This document shows positions 12,659 to 53,969 of a DNA stretch of 64,000 nucleotides, piece after piece. The notes beneath the pieces were generated by a model that worked only from the letters and a program-made list of their open reading frames with translations, had not been told where the DNA came from and searched no databases. The DNA comes from Macrostomum lignano (Eukaryota): positions 1 to 64,000 of the forward strand of contig NIVC01002790.1 of NCBI GenBank assembly GCA_002269645.1, given 5' to 3'. Within the stretch, counting starts at the first letter, position 1, and the number at the start of each line of letters is the position of its first letter. The translations under genes were made by a program, and so were the position numbers.

Positions 12659-14342
12659 AGCTCGTAGGCCCTTCTACAACTGCTCAATACCTATTTAACT
12701 TTTAAATAGACTGATTACTTTATTTTATTTTATTTTAATTACTTTTCTTTTATTCAATTTAAAATCAGTAAGTTTATTAACTGTTTTAGCAAAGTATTTA
12801 GGGTCTATTGAAGGGCACTCATTAATTGCATGGTAACTGTGTAAATAGTACTATCATTATTAACATGTAACAAGTAACTAAAATTAAGACTAGTATATAA
12901 ACTAGTTTTATGTACTTCTTAAAGCTATATTTCTATAGCTTTATAATATAGTTCAGTTATATTTGACCACAAATCTATCCTTTTAAAGGCAAATAAGTTG
13001 CATTATTCTTTGTACTTTTAAAATACCTTTCATACTTTGAAAATGAGTATTACGTCTACATGTACAAGCTAAAAAAAAATTCTAAGCTATAAAAACATCT
13101 AAATTATGCTTAAACTCCATCTACTAACTTTAGTTAGTTAAAATTCAATATAAAAATACAAGATACAGGGACAATATTGAGTAGTCCCTGATGGGATAAG
13201 TATTTAGATGGTATTTTTTTAGTTACCATGTTAAAAACACTGGCAATATTTACATGGTACCGTGCAAATAATGACTACCTTAATGAAGTGTATAACTAAC
13301 TTCTATTTTTATTTTGCTATCAATATAATAAAAAAAATTATCTTTGTGCCCTTATTTATAGATTGTTTTACCTTCAGTATAAATAAAATATAAATTGTTT
13401 GTCAAATCAAGACTTATTCCTTAATTTATATTATAGGCTTTTTCCTAAAATGTTTTTTCTTTGTCACTTTGTCACAAAATTCATTTGTCCCAAATTTGTT
13501 GGCAGTGTCTTTTGCCAAAATGTCTTGTTGCCAAAATTACTAGTAGCCTAGGTATATTAAATATTAGGTAGTCTTGAATACCATTATTTTTTATTTAAAA
13601 AGATCAATATAATATATAGAGCAAGCATAGTATAATAGTATAGTATAAGTATTGTGTAGTATAATATTATAATATAATTTTTAATTTCATTAGGCCTATA
13701 GTATTAGTTGTTTGTTATTTTACATACTATATATTAGTATTATTTTTAGTAAAACTATTCAAATATATCTAGCTTAGGCCTATATGTATATAGATAAATT
13801 CCTATAAAATATTAAAAATGTATAAATGTATAAATGTCTTTTAAGAAAAATATATATATTTAAATAATTTTACTGAAATGTCTTTATAATAATATGTAAA
13901 AGCAAAATATATAGATAAATAAAGTGATAGATATGTTTCTTATTTTTAAGAATATTAGGCCTATATCCTCTTCCTGCCTAACCAGAATCCATAATTTGTC
14001 TGTTCCCGACCGCTTGGTAACTTGGTAAGCAGTGCTTACCATAGATATTTTCTGGCATAGCATGTCATTTCCATTCCTGCCGGCTAGGCATACTGATCCA
14101 GCTTGGCTCAAACTGACGCACTAGATGGGAAGGAAATGAACAGCACTACTGCTTTAGCCAATAAAACAGTTTCACTTGCTGCCTGCTTTGTATGTGCTGC
14201 TTACCATAGAAATCTGTGCTCAGACAGCAAGTCCCCTTTGTAGTAAAACTAGCTTTCTTACAGTAACACTCTTACCATCTTGTTTGTTAGCCTTTTCTTG
14301 CTAAATATGACACAGTATTTACTCACTGATATCCTAAAGTAC

Positions 14343-15050
14343 ATGGCTTCTGCCTCTGAGATCGACTACATGACCTCTGACAGTGAAGCAAGCCTCAACT
14401 CCTACTTAACAATAGACAAGGAGCCTGGCGAGTAGGTTGGCGAAGAAGCACTGGATGGCAATCCTCCAACCATAGAAGGGCCTGACGGCGAGGAAGAACA
14501 GGAGTTTGCAGATGGCGATGCTGCTGAAGTTGAGAATGTTTGGCGACTTGTCGAGCCTGGGTCCAATGAAGGGACAGAATGTTTTAAATTTACCGGAACT
14601 GCTGGCCTCAATCCGAACTTTGTAATTCCTGAGGATGTTGAGAAGGATAAGTCTTTATTTTTACAAATGTTTCTTTCTGAAGAGCTTTTCCAAGGCCTCG
14701 CTGAATGGACAAACGCCAAGATGGCCACCATGCTGATGGAACTGGATCCTGAGATGGACGTCCTTCCGTCCATTGTATCTAGCTGGCGGGACTGCACCAC
14801 AAGTGAGATAAAAAAGCTAGTCGGCATGCACCTGTACATGGGCCTGAACAAAAAGTCCAAGCTACATGACTACTGGAGCTGTGGAGCACAGACGATTTTC
14901 ACTGCATACCTTACTTTCAGAAGCCCGAGGCGTTAGCTCGCGATAGATTCAAACAGCTGCTAACATTTCTGCGCTTCTACGACAGCAGGGAAGAAGCAAG
15001 CGCCGACCCACTACACAAGATTCGTACATTCATGAATCTGCTTTCCGCTA
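14343..15050 (+). pseudogene. piggyBac-type transposase N-terminal fragment
   Basis: FLSEELFQGLAEWTN, WRDCTTSEIKKLVGMHLYMG and DYWS, then after a frameshift ARDRFKQLLTFLRF and DPLHKIRTF. Early stop and 3' truncation. Confidence 0.82.
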
Positions 15051-16807
15051 AAACTAAAGTTTTCATCCTTTCTGTTTACTGTTTTTGGCTCTTGTCTTTA
15101 TCTCAAATTAGTTCACAACTCTTGATAATTTATATTAGTTTCGCTAGTTATAGTTTCTGTAGTGCACAAGCCGTACGCTCTGTATGCGCAGTAAGTTCAA
15201 TCAGCCAGAATATTATCAGGTTTTTCATTCTCGTTTTTGTTGTTTAACTCTGTTATTAGTAAATTCGATTTCAAACTTTATTAAAGCCTCTTCAAACAAA
15301 ATGTGTGTTTTTGAACCAAAGCACAAAGAAACGTTATTGACAAAACAATTAAGAATGTAGAATGCAAAGCCTATAATTGTCAGAAAACAAGAAAACCTAG
15401 AATACTCATGGTAAGCAGTGCTTACCATATCCAGCAAGAATGGATACTACCAATTTAGCCATAGAATTTAATTTACTCTGGTTGGCAGAAAGTTGAGTTG
15501 GGCCATGGTAAGCACTGCTTACCATCAGTCTTTTCGTGGATATATAATTCTTTAACTAAATGATTTTGGCTAAAGTTTTTTAAAACTGGCAGATGCACAA
15601 CATAGATACAAGAAAAAAGCCCTAGGCCAAAAAATGAATAAAAAAAATGCAATACAATTTGAAAATTACAAAACATGGCAAAAAGAATAGATAATGACTA
15701 AAATAAAAACCCCAAAATAGAATTCAATATTCTAAAACTATACTCAAAGTCTCAAACAACAATTATGTTATTCTTGCAATGTTTTACATATGCTATGCTT
15801 TTGGCACTGCTGCTTGTCAACTACAACTCTCTAATATGCCTTGCTATTCAACTTTGCTATTCAATGTGATACCATTTGCCTTTCTTGAATCTACAAAGTG
15901 ACACTAAAAATTTTTGAAAATGTAAAAGATGGCTGTCTATAATTTGTTAACTTATTCCAATAGGGATTAAATACCATTGGTAGACATGTTGGTAGTAGGC
16001 AAGTTTCTAGCAGATAAGCTTACTTGTATTTATTTTGACAAACAAGTTGGCAGTAGACAAAGTGACTAGGCCAGCCTAGAAATGACCCTTCTTAAGGAAA
16101 ATGGCTATATTTTTCTTTCAACTTTTATTATCTTTTCTCTCACTATTTATTTTCTTTTTCCTTTCAATTTTCCTTTCTTTTTCCTCACTCTTTCTTTTCT
16201 CTTCCCTTTTCATTTCTCTTTCCCCCTCTCTTTTCTTTCTTACCATTATTTGCTCCTTTCTCTTTTTTCTCTCTTTCCTTTTCTTACTCCTTACTAGCAA
16301 GGAAACAGAAAATTGGAATTCTTTAGCTGAAAGTTAGCAAGAAATATTCTAGCCAAAATTGGCTTTGGATCTAAACTTTGTTAGTAAGAACCTTGCTAGC
16401 AAAATGTTAGGCATAGTCTGCTAGCACAATGTTTACTTATGAAAATTTAGCAAGCAACTGTTTAATAAGTAGGCCTATAAAATATCTTGAACTATTTGTT
16501 TATTTCTCTTTGGCTGTCAGAATGACTAGAATGTATATTCTTAGTTAAAGTATAGCTAAGGCCAAAGTTCAAACTCTATAACCTAATCTCCCTCCCCTCC
16601 TCTTCTCTTTTTTACTTTCATCTGGCTCACAGCCATGAGCTGGATTCTCTATCTGGCCCTTGGGGTAAAAACGTTTGCGACCCATGATCTACATACAGTT
16701 ACTAAGCTTATCCCTATTATACTTAATAGTGCTAAAAGTTAGTCCACATTGATTAGCTTGAACCTCATATTAATTTAAATTCTCTTCCAGATCGACAGTC
16801 CACCTAA

Positions 16808-44607
<27,800 letters not shown>

Positions 44608-45892
44608 TGATGGTATAAGACTGTTTGGTCAGACTTTTTTGAAGGCCGATTTGTCATTTTATGGTTTAATATATGAAATCGATATTTTATGCGCAGGAAA
44701 ATGCTTCTCACTTGAAATTAATTTCTTTGAGCCACAGACGCAGAAGAAGTCCTAAAATTCCTAGAATTACAAAAATATTAAAAGCTGATTTATTAGCAAC
44801 AAGCTTGAAAAACCGTAAATTTCAACAATGAAATTGGATGCTACATGACACTCGGGTTATGACACGAACAACCTTAGTAACTTAAAGTTCCGCCGACTCC
44901 CCTGAGCAGGCGCACAAGGGCGCGGATACGTACGCAGTCATACATGCGCACAGGCACACACTCACACAGGAGTGTACAGCGGCCCTGACTTTATATTATC
45001 GTTGGGCATATATATACACTTCACTGTGCCTTGGGGGTTGGCGCTCAAAGCCGTTATTGCACGAGCAGAGCCAAGCCGAGATTCCAATTCAGCCCCAAAT
45101 TAATGCGACTGCACTTGGAATCGAGCCTGGGCCGCTGGGGTATGGCCCCTCAAGTAGAAAGTAACAAAATACTAAATTTTTGAGTACATTGTAGTTTAAA
45201 TATTGAAAGTGCTGCTGGTATATTTAACTAATATTTTATCACGCTTTATTTTATGTTCGTTCGTAGCTAGAATAGTGCAAGGTGTACTTAAAAGACTAAA
45301 AGCCTACAGTTATGCTGTCTCTCTCTTATTGTTTTCGCTCTGTTTAGTTAATTAAATTATAATCCCTTTGAAGCCTATTTATATTCGTGCTAAATAGTGC
45401 ATTAATGGATTGCTAATCTAGATTTGCAACCTGTGTATACTCGCTATAATTTATATTTATTGTTATCTTAGTAGAGCTTGCAAGAACTTATTTGTGTTTT
45501 TATTAAAAATCTGTGATGCTTAAAGTTAATCTTAAAGTTTGCGCGCCTCTGTGTTCAAACAAATTAATCATAATCATAATGATGTTGTAATAACTATAAT
45601 CGTGTCGTTTGCATAAATTTGTTTGCTATTATATCTTCTACAATGATTTCATTACATGAAACTTTAATAATCTCTCATTTCATTTCAATTTTCATTGTTA
45701 TTTTAATCTTGATGTTTAATCTGTTTTATTCTGTAATAATTTAAATCACTTATTGTCAAAATTGTGGTACAATATCTATTGAAAATAGAATTTTTGTTGT
45801 GCCTATCTACCAATTATAAACTGTTTGAGTTTCTTATAGAGCTTTTGAGTAATAAACTTGATCGTTATTAATTCGGTTTTAAATAGCTTAGC

Positions 45893-46812
45893 AAAACCTG
45901 GGGTTCAAGCCATAGACAGTGTGTGTTTCCCCGCTATTGTTCTAGCAACAGCTGGGGTTCAAGCCATAGACAGTGTGTTTCCCCGCTATTGTTCTAGCAA
46001 CAGTTGGGGCTCAAGCCATAGACAGTGTGTTTCCCCGCTATTGTTCTAGCAACAGTTGGGGCTCAAGCCATAGACAGTGTGTTTCCCCGCTATTGTTCTA
46101 GCAACAGTTGGGGCTCAAGCCATAGACAGTGTGTTTCCCCGCTATTGTTCTAGCAACAGCTGGGGTTCAAGCCATAGACAGTGTGTGCTTCCCTGCTATT
46201 GTTCTAGCAACAGTTGGGGTTCAAGCCATAGACAGTGTGTGTTTCCCCGCTATTGTTCTAGCAACAGCTGGGGTTCAAGCCATAGACAGTGTGTGTGTTT
46301 CCCCGCTATTGTTCTAGCAACAGTTGGGGTTCAAGCCATAGACAGTGTGTTTCCCCGCTATTGTTCTAGCAACAGCTGGGGTTCAAGCCATAGACAGTGT
46401 GTGTTTCCCTGCTATTGTTCTAGCAACAGTTGGGGTTCAAGCCATAGACAGTGTGTGTTTCCCTGCTATTGTTCTAGCAACAGCTGGGGTTCAAGCCATA
46501 GACATTGTGTGTTTCCCTGCTATTGTTCTAGCAACAGCTGGGGTTCAAGCCATAGACAGTGTGTGTTTCCCTGCTATTGTTCTAGCAACAGTTGGGGTTC
46601 AAGCCATAGACAGTGTGTGTTTCCCCGCTATTGTTCTAGCAACAGCTGGGGTTCAAGCCATAGACAGTGTGTGTTTCCCCGCTATTGTTCTAGCAACAGC
46701 TGGGGTTCAAGCCATAGACAGTGTGTGTTTCCCTGCTATTGTTCTAGCAACAGCTGGGGTTTGGACAGTGTGTTTCCCTGCTATTGTTCTAGCAACAGTT
46801 GGGGTTTAAGCC
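45893..46812. repeat. 52-56-bp tandem array upstream of the CCPG1-like ATG, ~17 copies, with a variable embedded (GT)n
   Basis: Unit GTTCTAGCAACAGCTGGGGTTCAAGCCATAGACAGTGTGTGTTTCCCCGCTATT. Confidence 0.95.
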
Positions 46813-46911
46813 ATAGAATTTTGAATAATTTTTTTCATGTAATATGTTACGCAAAAATCAAATTTATCTTTCTGCTGTCAATTAATCAGTAAATCGATAA
46901 TCAATACTTCT

Positions 46912-49900
46912 ATGGCTACAAGCAGCGGAAGTAGTAAAGAGAAATCTACCGAATCAAATGAATTGACTTCGAATTTGACGCCAGCAGACGCGATTGCCAC
47001 GTCGTCCGACTGGGAGATTGTCGACCCAGCTCAGCCGGCCGCATCTGCGAGTCAGCAACAGAATAACTATTCGACAAATAGTAGCAGCTCTTCTGTAGAA
47101 GTGCTTCGAGTGTCTGAAGCTGACGACACCTGCGAAGATAATGATGCCGACAATAACTTAGACGGCGGCGATCAAATCGACATTGGTGTCGAATTAAAAG
47201 AAGACGAACAGCAGCCGGTTTCTTCTATGCAAGCTTCATCTGAGACTGTTGCCGCGTCGGCAAACTTGGTTGTTGTTGGCAACGAGGTGCAGCAGCAGCA
47301 GCAACAATTTTCCGGACAAGCAGAACAGCAACGCATTCTAAAAGCAATTCGTCTGCTGCAGAACTCTCTTCCAACATCGGCTGAGCAACAGCAGCAGCAG
47401 CAACCGCTGCAGTCGTCGCCACCGACGCCGCCGCCGGAGCCGGAACCCGCCCGACTTCGCATCATTCATCGATGGCTGGACTACGACGAAGACGGCAACG
47501 AAGCCGAGCGCGAATCGCCGCCAGAAAGCGACATCGGATTGGCTGCCGAGCTGCCTAGCGCGGCGGCGGCTTCGGCGGCGGTTGTGGCTCCGCCTGACGG
47601 CGACGTCAACTCAGCCGACTATGGCCACGTGCTGCCAGCCATGCTGGCTGAGGCTGCCAGGCACAGGCAGCGGCAGTACCGGCACAGGCCGAATGAGCCG
47701 GTGAACGGCTGGCTGAGCGTGCTGTGCCTGGTGGCGCTGGCCTTTGCTGTCGGACTCGGCCTGGGCCATTTCAATGGATTTTCAAGCGGACGGGATGGCC
47801 GACTGCTGATCGGCTGCCGGGCCTGGCGGGCTGACCAGGTGCGACTTTTTGGGGCAACTGACTGCGTGCCAGAATCCCAGATCCTCAGTTGCTGGGCCAG
47901 CCTCTCAGATCCTCAGTTGCTGGGCCAGCCTCTCAGATCCTCAGTTGCTGGGCCAGCCTCTCAGATCCTCAGTTGCTGGGCCAGCCTCTCAGATCCTCAG
48001 TTGCTGGGCCAGCCTCCCAGATCCCCATTTGCTGGGCCAGCCTCCCAGATCCTCAGTTGCTGGGCCAGCCTCCCAGATCCTCAGTTGCTGGGCCAGCCTC
48101 TCAGATCCTCAGTTGCTGGGCCAGCCTCTCAGATCCTCAGTTTCTCGGCCAGCCTCTCAGATCCTCAGTTTCTCGGCCAGCCTCTCAGATCCTCAGTTGC
48201 TGGGCCAGCCTCTCAGATCCTCAGTTGCTGGGCCAGCCTCTCAGATCCTCAGTTTCTCGGCCAGCCTCTCAGATCCTCAGTTGCTGGGCCATCCTCTCAG
48301 ATCCTTAGTTGCTGGGCCAGCCTCCCAGATCCTCAGTTGCTGGGCCAGCCTCCCAGATCCTCAGTTGCTGGATTAGCCTTTCAGAGTGTCTCAGTTTCTG
48401 AGTCAGTCTCCCAGATTCCCAGATTAAGCTACAACTCTCAGTCTGGTAGACTGACCCCAGTATAGCCGCCATTATAAATCGATGCCAATAAATTTGGCTC
48501 AAATTTGCCAGGCCGCCCGTTCGCGTGCCCTCCGCCGCGACCTGGCCGCCTGCACTCGGCGCTACGACAATCTGGAGCTGTCAGTCAGCGAACTGAAAAC
48601 CACCCTAGTTCAGAAGGAGTACGTGGACAAATGGGAGAGCTTGTACGCCGAATCGGAGGAGGAGAAGGACGCCCTTCGTGTTGCTATGGAGCTGTACAAA
48701 ACTCGGTACAACAGGGAGAAGGCTAGAAATGAAGAGCTTGGGGAGCGTCTTGCCGAAGCCGAGCGAGCTTGCAACTCAACTAAAGCGAATTTGCAGGTAC
48801 ACAATGTACTTTTCTGTCGGCGCTTAATTAGGAAATGTATGGTTGGTTGCTAGGGTAATCTAATTTAGTCATTGATTGCTAGGTAGAATCTAGTTTAGGC
48901 ATTAGTTGCTAGGAGTAGTCTTATTTGATAGCTGGTTGCTAAGGAAAATTTCATTTAGGCATTGGTTGCTAGGAGTAGCCTTATTTGATAGCTGGTTGCT
49001 AAGGAAAATCTCATTTGGGCATTGGTTGCTAGGAGTAGCCTTATTTGATAGCTGGTTGCTAAGGAAAATCTCATTTGGGCATTGGTTGCTAGGAGTAATC
49101 TTATTTGATAGCTGGTTGCTAAGGAAAATCTCATTTGGGCATTGGTTGCTAGGAGTAATCTTATTTGATAGCTGGTTGCTAAGGAAAATTTCATTTAGGC
49201 ATTGGTTGCTAGGAGTAGCCTTATTTGATAGCTGGTTGCTAAGGAAAATTTCATTTGGGCATTGGTTGCTAGGAGTAGCCTTATTTGATAGCTGGTTGCT
49301 AAGGAAAATCTCATTTGGGCATTGGTTGCTAGGAGTAGTCTTATTTGATAGCTGGTTGCTAAGGAAAATTTCATTTAGGCATTGGTTGCTAGGAGTAGCC
49401 TTATTTGATAGCTGGTTGCTAAGGAAAATCTCATTTGGGCATTGGTTGCTAGGAGTAATCTTATTTGTTGTTGGTTGCTAGGGGTAAATCTAATTTAGGC
49501 ATTGGTTGCTTGGTAAAATCAAGGTTGGGTTCTAGTTGCTAAGGAAGTCTATTAGTTATAAATAAAATCTATATATCTAATTTCAGTTGGACGAGCTAAA
49601 AGCCCGGAACGCAAAACTTCAAGTTGAAATCGAACAGCTTCGAACTTCTATACCGAAACACTCGAAAGATCTTTGCGGTAGGCTCGATCGTTTCCTATCC
49701 AATGAATATCCAGCTTGGTTTAGCGCCCTTAGCAACGGCACAGCAACAGCTGCTAAAGTTGGCGACGGCCTGCTTCGCGGCGTTAATAACGCTTCTGAAC
49801 GGTTACTAAGGAAGCTGGGAAATTCGCCCGGAGGCGCATTGATGAAGAAGTTCACTAACGCTACGGTGAAATTGTTCAGAGAGCAGTTCGGCAGCCTAAC

Positions 49901-52453
49901 AGGCCGGTTGCTAAGGAAGCTGCCGAAGCGCTATTTCGATTTTTCGACTGCCCCGTCGCCGCCGCCGGCCTATTCAACCGAGAATAATGACCAGAAACAG
50001 CCTGCCAATGATGAAGCTAAGGAGATGAAACTGGCCAAGGATTCCATTCCCACTGTTCCTATCGTTTTTGCCAAGAATGGCCAGTGCGTCCTTAGCAACG
50101 GCGTCAACGACGCCAACGACGATAGCGGCAAGGCGCGCGCCGCTCTGCGTTGGAGTCTGGACGGCCGGGCGGCGGCGCGAGCGCGCGAACGAAAATCTGA
50201 CGCCAAAAAGATGAAGCATCATTTAAAGAAGCTGCGTCAGTTACGTCGGGGACAGAAAATTGCCGATAAGGATTGGTACGATCGCAGGCTGCAGGTGCGA
50301 ACTGTTTCCTGATTTTGTTGTGCAGATTGACCCATTCTCTATGCATATTGACCCATTATCTATGCATATTGACCCATTCTCTATGCATATTGACCCATTA
50401 TCTATGCATATTAACCCATTCTCTGTGCATATTGACCCATTCTCTATGCATATTAACCCATTCTCTATGCAGATTGACCCATTCTCTATGCATATTGACC
50501 CATTCTCTATGCATATTGACCCATTCTCTATGCATATTGACCCATTCTCTGTGCAGATTGACCCATTCTCTGTGCATATTGACCCATTCTCTATGCATAT
50601 TGACCTATTCTGTGCAGATTGACCCATTCTCTGTGCAGATTGACCCATTCTCTATGCAGATTGACCCATTCTCTATGCAGATTGACCCATTCTCTGTGCA
50701 TATTGACCCATTCTCTATGCATATTGACCTATTCTGTGCAGATTGACCCATTCTCTGTGCAGATTGACCCATTCTCTGTGCATATTGACCCATTCTCTAT
50801 GCATATTGACCTATTCTGTGCAGATTGACCCATTCTCTGTGCAGATTGACCCATTCTCTATGCATATTGACCCATTCTCTATGCATATTGACCCATTCTC
50901 TATGCATATTGACCCATTCTCTGTGCAGATTGACCCATTCTCTGTGCATATTGACCCATTCTCTATGCATATTGACCTATTCTGTGCAGATTGACCCATT
51001 CTCTGTGCAGATTGACCCATTCTCTATGCAGATTGACCCATTCTCTATGCAGATTGACCCATTCTCTGTGCATATTGACCCATTCTCTGTGCAGATTGAC
51101 CCATTCTCTATGCAGATTGACCCATTCTCTATGCAGATTGACCCATTCTCTGTGCAGATTGACCTATTCTCTATGCAGATTGACCCATTCTCTGTGCAGA
51201 TTGACCCATTCTCTGTGCATATTGACCCATTCTCTATGCAGATTGACCCATTCTCTGTGCATATTGACCCATTCTCTGTGCAGATTGACCCATTCTCTAT
51301 GCAGATTGACCCATTCTCTATGCAGATTGACCCATTCTCTGTGCAGATTGACCTATTCTCTATGCAGATTGACCCATTCTCTGTGCAGATTGACCTATTC
51401 TTTATATGCATATTGACCCATTCTCTGTGCAGATTGACCCATTCTCTATGCAGATTGACCCATTCTCTGTGCAGATTGACCTATTCTCTATGCAGATTGA
51501 CCCATTCTCTGTGCAGATTGACCTATTCTTTATATGCATATTGACCCATTCTCTGTGCAGATTGACCCATTCTCTATGCAGATTGACCCATTCTCTATGC
51601 AGATTGACCCATTCTCTGTGCAGATTGACCTATTCTCTATGCAGATTGACCCATTCTCTGTGCAGATTGACCTATTCTTTATATGCATATTGACCCATTC
51701 TCTGTGCAGATTGACCCATTCTCTATGCAGATTGACCCATTCTCTGTGCAGATTGACCTATTCTCTATGCAGATTGACCCATTCTCTGTGCAGATTGACC
51801 TATTCTTTATATGCATATTGACCCATTCTCTGTGCAGATTGACCTATTCTTTATATGCATATTGACCCATTCTCTGTGCAGATTGACCTATTCTTTATAT
51901 GCATATTGACCCATCCCCTATACAGATTGACTCCTCCCCTGTGTAGATTGACCTCCTATATAAATTGACCCCTTCTCTATGCAAAGTGACCCCCCCCTCT
52001 CTTCTATGAACATTGACCCCTCCCCTTTTTTAACTGACCCCTTATTGTTCCACTTCTTTTCTGTATACATAAATTTCTATATTGATGACCCTGTCTAGAT
52101 CCACCCCTTGCATATCTAAACCGGCCCATCTATTGTACATATAGGGTAAATTCAACCTTGTATAGACAATGCCCACCATCTCTACATAGCCAATTATCAA
52201 TCGAACTAAAAACCAACAGGCCAGAGAAAAACTTCGCCAAAACGCACCAGCTGACCCCAATAGCGAGGTCATCTACGACTACGATGACGACGATGATGAC
52301 ATTGTCGATCGCAGGCTGGAAATGAAAGAGCGCACTGCCGATCTGCAATGGGGCGTCGATAGACTCAAAGCTGTGATGGACAAAGTGGCTACCAGGCTGG
52401 CCAGACTCAAAGAGAAATTTCGCGAAGCTAAAAAGAAAAGACAGTCAAATTGA
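46912..52453 (+). CDS. CCPG1/PBXIP1-like type II membrane protein, 717 aa (candidate ER-phagy receptor)
   Basis: join(46912..47838,48512..48796,49587..50294,52220..52453); all introns phase 0 with CAG|GT donors. Acidic disordered N-terminus with LIR-like SSDWEIV, one TM helix WLSVLCLVALAFAVGLGLGHF, then a coiled coil. The exon structure is well supported; the family call is moderate. Confidence 0.65.
47876..48370. repeat. CCPG1-like intron 1 minisatellite, 28-bp unit AGATCCTCAGTTGCTGGGCCAGCCTCTC
   Basis: About 17 copies. Same family as HEATR5B intron 7. Confidence 0.95.
48901..49480. repeat. CCPG1-like intron 2 minisatellite, 60-bp unit made of two 30-bp subunits, ~10 copies
   Basis: Unit ATTGGTTGCTAGGAGTAGCCTTATTTGATAGCTGGTTGCTAAGGAAAATCTCATTTGGGC, in exact 60-nt register. 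Confidence 0.97.
50321..51912. repeat. CCPG1-like intron 3 minisatellite, 21-bp unit GCA(G/T)ATTGACC(C/T)ATTCTCT(A/G)T, ~75 copies
   Basis: Directly visible. Confidence 0.97.
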
Positions 52454-52545
52454 AGAGAAAAACAACTGAATTTTTTGTTGGATTTTGGGTTTACGTTTTA
52501 GGTGTTGGCGATATTGATAATTCGATTTGTCATTTCTGATTGACC

Positions 52546-52935
52546 ATTATGCCATTTTCATTAAAGTGTCATTTTTTGATTGATCGAAGTGTCATTTTTG
52601 ATTGATCGAAGTGCCATTTTTGATTGATCAAAGTGCCATTTTCGATTGATCAACATGCCATTTTTGGATGATTAAGGTTCCATTTGATTGATTGATCAAG
52701 GTGCCATTTTTGATTGATCAAGGTGCCATTGATTGATTGATCAAGGTGCTATTTTGATTGATCAAGGTGCCATTCTATTTATTGATCAAGGTGCCATTGA
52801 TTGATTGATCAAGGTGCCATTTTTGATTGATCAAGGTGCCATTTTTGATTGATCAAGGTGCCATTTTTGATTGATCAAGGTGCCACTTTTGATTTGTCAA
52901 GGTGCCCTTTTTGATTGATCAAGGTGCCATTTTGA
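52546..52935. repeat. ~22-bp array GTGCCATTTTTGATTGATCAAG just 3' of the CCPG1-like stop codon
   Basis: Directly visible. Shares GTGCCATTTT with the intron 10 unit. Confidence 0.9.
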
Positions 52936-53969
52936 TTAATTACAAGCTAAGTTAGTACTTTAATTTGTCAGAAAAATATTAGTTAGGATGCCATTTGAAT
53001 TATCAATTGTTTAAATTTTTGTGTAGCTTATTAATTTTTGGCCTGCTAGTGATTACCCTTTTAAATATTAACCCGCTTAACTTAAAAAAATTCTTTATAT
53101 TATATTGAATAATTCAAACTGAGAATTGAATTTTGCCATAGAAAAACTAAAATGACGTTCTTTAATTTTTTTGTAAATATGCCATATTTTTGTAAATAAT
53201 TTTTTCTTCCTTGTAAATTCGCAATTGTACATAGCATGCAGAATACCGTGACGTCATCTGTCATTGTTTAAACAGCTTGTTCTAAACCTGTAAAAGAAAA
53301 AAATCATTATGCATATTCAGCATAAAAATAGTCCTGTATAATATCCTTTCTACTTTAAGTAATACTATTTGGTTTTGTGTACAGAAAGCGTGACGACTCA
53401 CTCAACTATTTTGATTTGCGTTTCATTCTCTGCAAAAATATAACTCTTTTCATATTTGGATATTTCTCATCATTTTTTCTGCATCAATTTTTACAAGAAA
53501 AATCGTTATCATCATTTCCATAAATAATCTGCATTGTTGAAATCTATTTTCTTAGAAAGCATCTTTTTTGGAGTTGTCTATGTGCTTTGATGGCTACTCA
53601 ATAGTAGTGCGGTAGCTTCATCGCTTTTTTAAATGTACGATTACAATACTATTTTAGTTATTTATATATACACCTTAATTTGAGTTTATCTTATTTATCT
53701 AATTAACCTTCCTTTACTCTTTTGCTAAAATCTAGAAAATCTTATATTTTGCTCCTTATTATCGAGGTCGAGTTTATTATTTTTTAATTATAATTTATTT
53801 ATAGTTGGTTTTGGCAGATTTCGCGGTTTAAAAGTAAGCTAAGCTTTTAATTAATAATTTAAAACAAATTTTTGATTATTAAATAGCAAGTATACTGCAG
53901 ATACTACTGATTATTCAGCAGAAACCGCGATTTTATCAGTATATTTTTTTGAAGTTAATTTCTTTGATT

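Larger units (their letters stand above)
6731..13547. mobile_element. MULE/Mutator-like non-autonomous composite element
   Basis: Imperfect ~55-bp TIRs starting GGCTACT (6731 onward; reverse complement ending 13547). Flanks are TAGGTATCT (6722..6730) and TAGGTATAT (13548..13556), an 8/9 match to a 9-bp TSD. No MULE transposase was seen inside. Confidence 0.5.

Noticed and set aside
45095-45150. tRNA gene or SINE head (minus-strand GGCTCGATTCC, B-box-like)
   Set aside because: No convincing A-box, cloverleaf or tail could be built. tRNAscan-SE or a SINE search would settle it.
45858-51865. Repetitive ORFs in the 46-kb, 48-kb, 49-kb and 50-52-kb arrays
   Set aside because: Tandem-repeat translations in several frames on both strands, outside the frame-consistent exon chain.
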